Origin: the human T2T-CHM13v2.0 reference genome, Homo sapiens
Strand: one strand, 5' to 3'
Assembly: GCF_009914755.1 (NCBI RefSeq)
Contig: NC_060931.1
Length of the DNA stretch: 64,000 nucleotides
Part shown: positions 56,446 to 64,000 of the stretch, one piece after another
Layout: every line of letters starts with the position of its first letter
Numbering within the stretch: the stretch's first letter is position 1
Notes under the pieces: model-generated
The model's input: only the letters and a program-made list of their open reading frames with translations
Database searches by the model: none
Told to the model about the DNA's origin: nothing
Position numbers and translations under genes: made by a program

Positions 56446-57179
56446 ACTATCTTCTCATTAGGATAATGGGGTTCAATAAAAGAGTGTTCCATCGTTCTCC
56501 AAAAGGGAGTAGAGTGGAACTTTTTGTTAACTATAATCATTTAGTGATTCATTTTATCTTTTTTAGATCTTGTTAATTCATTGTTGCACAAGGTTAATCC
56601 TTTATCCACTTAGGCTATGGTTTTGACAAAATGTGTTGGTCATAAAAGTTAACTTCTTAAAAGACGTTAAAGACAGTTTCAATGAACATCAGTAACATAA
56701 TGTGTGGAAATAAGAAAAGTATTTTGTTTCTATTTGCTTGCCCAGAGTGATATTAATTAAAGCATGATTTATATATTTTAAATGAAATAATTGAGGACAT
56801 TTTTGACATATGTTTTCATTTTTTGTGGCAAACAAGATCAGGAGAAAATTATAAATATTTGAGTTAAACATGTATTTGGCAGTAATATTGTTTGTGACTA
56901 AGGTCAGTCCTTAGTCTCACAAGATTATATTATCATGTAAAAGTTATAACAATAATAGATCCATCAAAAATTGGAAAATATGAAAATGAGTCTCTCCCTT
57001 TGAGTTTTTTAATGCAATTTTACCAATCAAATATGACAATGATGAATAATTTTGCACATTTACTTTTAGTATCTTCCCCCTATGAAAATGCTTGTATTAT
57101 AAAATTTTACCTACTGGTAATTACAGTTAACTCACAAACTTCCATCCTGATTATGCCTACTTACCATTAGATCAAAAGC

Positions 57180-57430
57180 ATTTGCCAATCATATCCTTTT
57201 AAATAATCATTTGAATGGTTCTGATATTTCAATGATAAAATTCTGTGATTTAGTTTTATGCTTATAGTTGGATATTTGAATTATCCCAGATGTTTTTGCT
57301 ATTATAGGTAACCTAGCAACAAAGAAGTTTTTTCCTATTATCTTTTTTCCATATTTGGGGATATTTCTGTAGAAAATAATCCCCAGAATTGAATTTATTG
57401 AATCAAAGAGTATAAAGCTCTTGATACGGA
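57180..57430 (-). mobile_element. Ancient L1ME-like fragment
   Basis: GTTGGATATTTG..TTATCCCAG..TTTTGCTATTATA...ATTTCTGTAG..AATCCCCAGAA..GAATT.ATTG.ATCAAAG. Confidence 0.45.
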
Positions 57431-58502
57431 GTCCCTGAATTCTTAAGGAATATGTTTAATCCATCTATGTAGCTCTGGAAACTGGCTTACTACCTAGTAT
57501 GCTCGTTACTTACATTTTTGAATGTGTTAAACTTTTAAGAAAACCTATTAAATGACTACTTTATGTGCATGGCTATCTGATAATAATCTTTTGTACTTAT
57601 AATAGATTTTCCTAATATCTAATAAATTTTCACATACATTATCTGACCTTATACCTACAAAATACTTGCAAGGGGCACAAGGCAGACATTTTGATCATCA
57701 CTTTTCAGAGAAAAAATAAAAAAGGACCTAAGAGAGATTAAGGATATGGCGTAGAATTTAGTCTTCTTACCTGGAACAGCAGTGGCTCCATTACATCCTA
57801 TCTCTGTGTACATGTGCTTTACTACGGAAAGAATTTGAAATAAGTTGATTTTGTTTTCTTTTCAGTGAATAATTGCTTTTATTCTTAAGGAGGAAAAATG
57901 TCTGTCAGAATGATTTTGTCTGTTTTATAGTGAAAAATGCATACCACTCCTTAATCATCATCATACAATTTTTCTAAATGTTCAGTGCAAACATCAATAT
58001 ATGTTAAAGCATTATTTTATACGTTTAAACAGAAATGAAAGGCAAAGATCAAAGTAACCCATTAAACTCTATTTATGGTACTTAAAACATTAGTTAGGGC
58101 ATTTTTAAATGTACTATGTGTGTTATGTAAGTGTGAGCTCTGAATTACAAAGTAATTTAAACAAATACGGATTCCTAAAAATTTCTCCCAGGCAAGTCCT
58201 TACATATAGATCCCCTATAATGGTTTAAGATAATTATGGACTGAATATTTCTTAGTTTTTTAAATTTAGAGCATTGATTGAACATTGATGAAATTTTTTC
58301 AACTTTAAAAATGTATTTTATAATATCTATCCAATATGATTGAATATTAAATTATTCACGGGATGAAACTGCCTGCTATAGGCTTAATGAACACAATGTA
58401 CAAAATATACTAGTTTTCCGTCTTTTCTCCTTTTTTTAAAAATTTTTATTTACTTTTTGAATCAGGAAATGATCAACCTGATTTCAGAGATGAGAATATT
58501 AA

Positions 58503-58863
<361 letters not shown>

Positions 58864-59519
58864 CCAAATCTATATGGTTTTTAAGGATCTTTGCTGGGGA
58901 TTCAAAGCCTATTTTGTTCACTTCAAACCTCAGCTCTTCTCGCTGAACAAAAAGGCAATTAAAAGAATGATGATAGACAAAGTTGAAAGTTCACTAGTTT
59001 ATAATTTTTAAAAATCCTATGCCACCATTTTTCTTTCAGTAGTTTAGACTTAATACGTTTTTGAAGATTTTAACTCAATGTAATGGAAAACATTTATAAT
59101 ATGATGGAAACATTTTTAATGAAGCTTTTCAACAAGGAGTTCTTAAAATAAATAAACTTTGTGGTCAAACAGAGATTAAATGGCTATCTATTAAGAACAC
59201 TATGGAATTTCTATTCAAATTGGGTAGCAGACTAAATGACTTCTAAGATACAATCAGTTTGTGATTTAATTGGTTCTTGAATGGATCTGCCTCTGGCTTG
59301 TAGTCTTTATACTGTAAGCATTTATACAACAAGTCTGCAATTCAACCATTTGACTACAAATTGCCGTAAGTTTTTGGAAAGCTATTAAAGCTCCTCTAAT
59401 TTTTACAAAACTCTCTTGCTAAAGTTATTGTGTAGCGAGGGCATACCATGTGTCAGGTATTATGAAAGTTTTCCTTCCTTCTTTCTCTTTGCAATTGCTC
59501 TATCTACCTATTTATCTAA

Positions 59520-59693
59520 AATCACACACATATATAACATATACATATATACATAGGTATACATGTACATGGATACATGTATGCGTATGTGTATCTTTAC
59601 TAAATATGTATCTATACATATATGTGTATGTATCTATATGTATATGTATATATTTGTATCTATACATATATGTGTATGTGTATCTTTACTAAA
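59520..59693. repeat. TA/TG low-complexity repeat with duplicated TGTGTATCTTTACTAAA
   Basis: Direct reading. Confidence 0.8.
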
Positions 59694-59719
59694 CCTAACA
59701 GCAGTTTTCTAAAGTAAAC

Positions 59720-59860
59720 ACTTTTATTACCTACACTTTGCTAGTGAACGTAAAGAAAGTGAAACAAATTGCCAAAGATTACATAACTGGCAAGTGGCAA
59801 AGCTAGGACTCAATCTCATGGACAAGTGACATCTAAGCCTTTATTCTTAACTACTAGATT
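59720..59860 (-). mobile_element. MIR fragment
   Basis: TTGCCAAAGATTACATAACTGGCAAGTGGCAAAGCTAGGACTCAA...TGACATCTAAGCC...TCTTAACTACTA. Confidence 0.65.
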
Positions 59861-61611
59861 ATCTTATGATAATTTAAACTTGTGTGTATGTTTTATCTTT
59901 TTGTTAATCATCAGAGTCAATGATATTCAGCATCTTCTGCAGTACAGACCAAGGAAAACAAAGCCAAGCTGTCTTAGGCAGCCAAAAAATGACTATCCAT
60001 GCAAATTAAATGTCACTATGTTTTACAAATTTGTCTTTACTATTAGACATCAACTAAAGTAGTTCAGAAAAGAGATGATAAAACCCTGAATGAGTGAAGC
60101 TATAGAGGAAAATGTGAATGAAAAATTAAAAAGAAATACTAAGTTTAAACAAATTTAATTGTGGTAGAAATTTAAATATAGAAGATGGATTTCAGGGGTT
60201 GTAGTATTACCACCTCAATATTTGGAGGATCTGTTTACATGTCTTCTCCTACCACTGGCAGAAGAGCCTTGGGGTTAGAACTTTTTCTGTCCCTTGTTAT
60301 CTTCTCAGTATCTCACCTGGACCAATGCTATGGCATGTTTTCAAAGATAACCTAGTAGTGGTGATGAAAGGCACAGTTTCTTCATGTTTAAAGATGAGCC
60401 ATGGGTTTCCTTTTATATTTTCTCACATAGACTCCCAGATCTGTGAGGTCCTGGAATGTACAAGTGGTTATCCTCATAAATTAGCTAACACCAGAATTCA
60501 TCTAGTAGCATAGAGCAAAGGATTGCTCTGCCAACATCTGAACAATCAAATCCTGGCCCAAACAAGCCAAATTATCTCAACATCAACTCATATTCTTACC
60601 ACATCCTGATGTTCCTATGCTGATATTGCTTGATCATACAGATTCCATTTTGTTCTCCTATTTGAGAGTTTGAGAATCTGCTTCTCTTCTCTTTCCACCC
60701 CTACCTCACCCTCCTCCCTTGGAATTAGAGATTGAATGATCTCGGACATCTTGATAATCTCTCCTCTCTGCTCTGTATGCTCAGCTACTCGTCTTACAAT
60801 CATTAATTTTTAAAATTTAACTACATGAGTGTGCCATTTGTTTTTCCCACCTCCAGGGAAAAGAGATGAACTTGACTCATGATTTTGATCCCATGATTCA
60901 TCCTCAGCCCTTGCTGTTGGATGTGGCGGAACACTCACTAGTCCTTTAATAAAGATCAGATGCTGTGTGGATACTGGTGGGCTTCTTGAGCAGGTTGCTA
61001 TTGCCTACCTAGAAGCATTTGCCGAGGATTTTCTTTTCTTTTGTCGTCAGTGCTATAATATGCCACAGTCTTTAAATTGACCTCAGTAGTGTCTCATTGA
61101 ACTTAATATTTAGTTCATTTTTCTGCTGACTTTTGAGAGGTGGCATGGCCAGAAATGTATATAGTGATTGTATCTTTTCTCTTTTTGCCTTATGAAATTT
61201 ACTTAACTATATGGCTTACTAAATATATAACTGGAGAAATTAAATAGCAAAAATTTTACTACTTTTTCCATGAAAAGTTAAGTGTTTATGTAGTAATTAA
61301 TTGCTTAGTCCAGCTTCCTGAGATATAAAAATAATGCTGATAGGCATTAACAGGCGATATGATTCACTACTTTTACTCATTCATTCAATTTTATATTCCA
61401 AAGAACATGTTTTCTAATAAGAGGATAATTAAATGTTTACAAGTGTTATCTTGGAAGTAAATCCAACAATAATTTATAATAATAAAATGGTGTTTGGGTT
61501 ATACATGTGGCACTGTCTCAAAGAGTCTTAATAGCATGGGAAAATTAGTTTTATTGTGCAGATATATTAATAAATTTAAAGATAATCAGGATAACTTTTG
61601 AACATTTACAA

Positions 61612-61693
61612 ATGCTCAAATTCGAGCATACAAATTTGAGTATACAAATTTGAGCATACACATTTGAGCATACAAATTTGAGCATACAAATTT
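61612..61693. repeat. 14-bp tandem repeat (CAAATTTGAGCATA x5.5) headed by a near-palindrome
   Basis: ATGCTCAAATTCGAGCAT followed by repeated units. Confidence 0.92.
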
Positions 61694-62024
61694 AATTAAA
61701 GTATTTTTACCTTTTTGCCAACCTAACATCCTTACGTGAGAATAGCATATAATTACATATCACTATAAAGAGCACATTGTAAGTTATTTACATATTGTTA
61801 GACTGTTAGAATGTTACCTGCTAAATTGGAGTGGGAACTAAACACACATACACACCCACTGACTGAGTCTGGCACATTTCTGGGTCTTCCTTTCCTTACA
61901 GGAATTAAAGTTCTTGACTAAGTGATTCCTAAGTTTTTCCCAAGTATAACATGGGTATACATTTATGTTTCTAATTTTAAAGAGGCTACTAAATCTTACA
62001 TTTTATCATGCTCTCTAATTCCTC

Positions 62025-63279
62025 TTTTTTTTATTTTTAAATTTTACTCTAAGTTCTGGGATACATGTGCAGAATGTGCAGGTTTGTTACACAGTTATAC
62101 ATGTGCCATGGTGGTTTGCTGCACCCATCAATCCGTCATGTAGGTTTTAAGCCCCACATGCGTTAGGTATTTCTCCTAATGCTCTCCCTCTCCTTGCCCC
62201 CAACCCCCGACAGGCCTTGGTGTATGTTGTTCCCCTCGCTGTGTCCTTGTGTTCTCATTGTTCACCTCCCACTTATGAGTGACAACATGCAGTGTTTGGT
62301 TTTCGGTTCTTGTGTTAGTTTGCTGAGAATGACGGCTTCCAGCTTCATCCATGTCTCTTCAAAGGACATGAGCTCATTCTTTTTTAGGCCTGCATAATAT
62401 TCCATGGTGTATATGTGCCACCTTTTCTTTATGCAGTCTATCGTTGATGGGCATTTCTGTTGGTTCCAGGTCTTTGTTATTGTAAATAGTGCTGCAATAA
62501 ACATACGTGTGCATGTGTCTTTATGGTAGAATGATTTATCATCCTTTGGGTACGTACCCAGTAATGGGATTGCTGGGTCAAATGGTATTTCTGATTCTAG
62601 ATCCTTGAGGAATTGCCACACTGTCTTCCACAGTGATTGAACTAATTTACACTCCCACCAACGGTGTAAATGCATTCCTATTTTTCCACAGCCTTGCCAG
62701 CATCTATTGTTACCTGACTTTTTAATAATTGCCATTCTGACTGGCATGAGGTGGCATCTCATTGTGGTTTTGATTTGCATTTCTCTAATGATCAGTGATG
62801 ATAAGCTTTTTTTCCTATGTTTCTTGGCCGCATAAATGTCTTATTTTGAGAAGTCTCTGTTCATATCCTTTGCCCACTTGACGGGGTTGTTTTTTGCTTT
62901 TAATTTGTTTAAGTTTCTTGTAGATTCTGGATATTAGACCTTTGTCAGATGGGTAGATTGCAAAAATTTTCTCCCATTCTATAGGTTGCTGATTCACTCT
63001 GATGCTAGTTTCTTTTGCTGTGCAGAAGCTCTTTAGTTTAATTAGATCCTATTTATCAATTTTGGCTTTTGTTGCCATTGCTTTTGGTGTTACAGACATA
63101 AAGTCTTTGCCCATGCCTATAACCTGAATGGTAATGTCTAGATTTTCTTCCAGAGTTTTTATAGTTTGGGGTTTTACATGAAAGTCTTTAATCCATCTTG
63201 AGTTAATTTTTGTATGAGGTGTAAGGAAGGGGTCCAGTTTCAGTTTTCAGCATATGGCTAGCCAGTTATTCTAGCACCA
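62025..63279 (-). mobile_element. 5'-truncated L1PA (L1PA8-like), about 1.25 kb
   Basis: ORF 62262-62780 is the L1 ORF2p C-terminus (MQIKTT...EIPFDPAIPLLG..TWMKLE.ILSKL); 3'UTR TAGGTTTTAAGCCCCACATGC; short AATTCC flanking repeat. Confidence 0.95.
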
Positions 63280-64000
63280 AATTCCCAATTAGCCAAAAAT
63301 TGGTTTAAGTGATTCATAAATCTCAAGTAAATCTGGATGTTAAAGGTTGAACCTTAATAATAATTACAGAGTAAATGGAAAGTGAGTGAATCTCACTGGA
63401 CTTGTTTCTTTAGAGCCAAGGGTTGAGGCAGAGTTCATAGAGCCTGACTTTTATGGATTCAAGTTGTGCAGGATTTTCTGACCAAAGCTTCATCCTGTGA
63501 TTTCATCTTGGTCAGTTAAATCTAAATAAATTCTACTGTCATTTACTAAAATATTTAGGGCATTGTTATGCAATCTAAGATTATTTACACTTTAATAAAT
63601 ACATGAAAATTCTAATTGTATTTATTGTGTCAAGTTTTCCATTGCAAACACTGATTTATTTTTTTCAGTCAAATAATAACTCAGGAAAAAAAATAGACCA
63701 GGTGAGGTTTCCTTACACATTATCCATGCTACCATTTATTTAAGAAACATATTATTGATCTTTTATGTTTTTGCAAATTCCATGTAATTAAAAAAAAAAT
63801 GTAAGAATGGTCAATATCTGAACTTGCTTCTGTGTTTTCCATGATGACCTATTTATGTTGCATTATAGAATTTAACCAACTGTGTATGAAAGTTTAGATG
63901 ATATTAACATGTGAGTCAATAAGAAAAGAACTGTTATACAGAAATATTGGAATGATTTGACTTTCAATATTCTATACTCAATTGTATGCAAGTTAGATAA

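Noticed and set aside
62262-62997. 172-aa and 60-aa ORFs with real protein similarity
   Set aside because: Broken L1 ORF2p C-terminus in a 5'-truncated element, not a host gene; likewise the ORFs at 48181-49138, 16957 and 5366

Overview
AT-rich primate (human-like) non-coding DNA, intronic or intergenic. I recognise no protein-coding gene, and the listed ORFs come from Alu, L1, LTR and low-complexity sequence or are chance ORFs. Most of the window is interspersed repeats: 14 Alus, L1 remnants of several ages, MaLR and ERV1 solo LTRs (two nested pairs), Tigger/hAT MITEs, MIR/L2 fossils and a probable 3'-truncated U2 snRNA retrocopy. Two large TA-rich arrays carry strong palindromes. The most unusual signal is a cluster of short locally templated copies (135-207 bp, about 92-94% identical by hand count, 0.2-2.9 kb from their partners). 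Three of them sit in fragile positions (a TA repeat, an Alu body/tail junction, inside an L1) with microhomology, snap-back or scrambled filler at the joints, which looks like a fossil hotspot of template-switch repair. There is also motif-level evidence for a spliced minus-strand non-coding transcript: a CpG-retaining region near 38 kb, an exon near 26.5 kb and a terminal exon near 11.1 kb. Repeat subfamily names are from remembered consensus sequences, not a database search.
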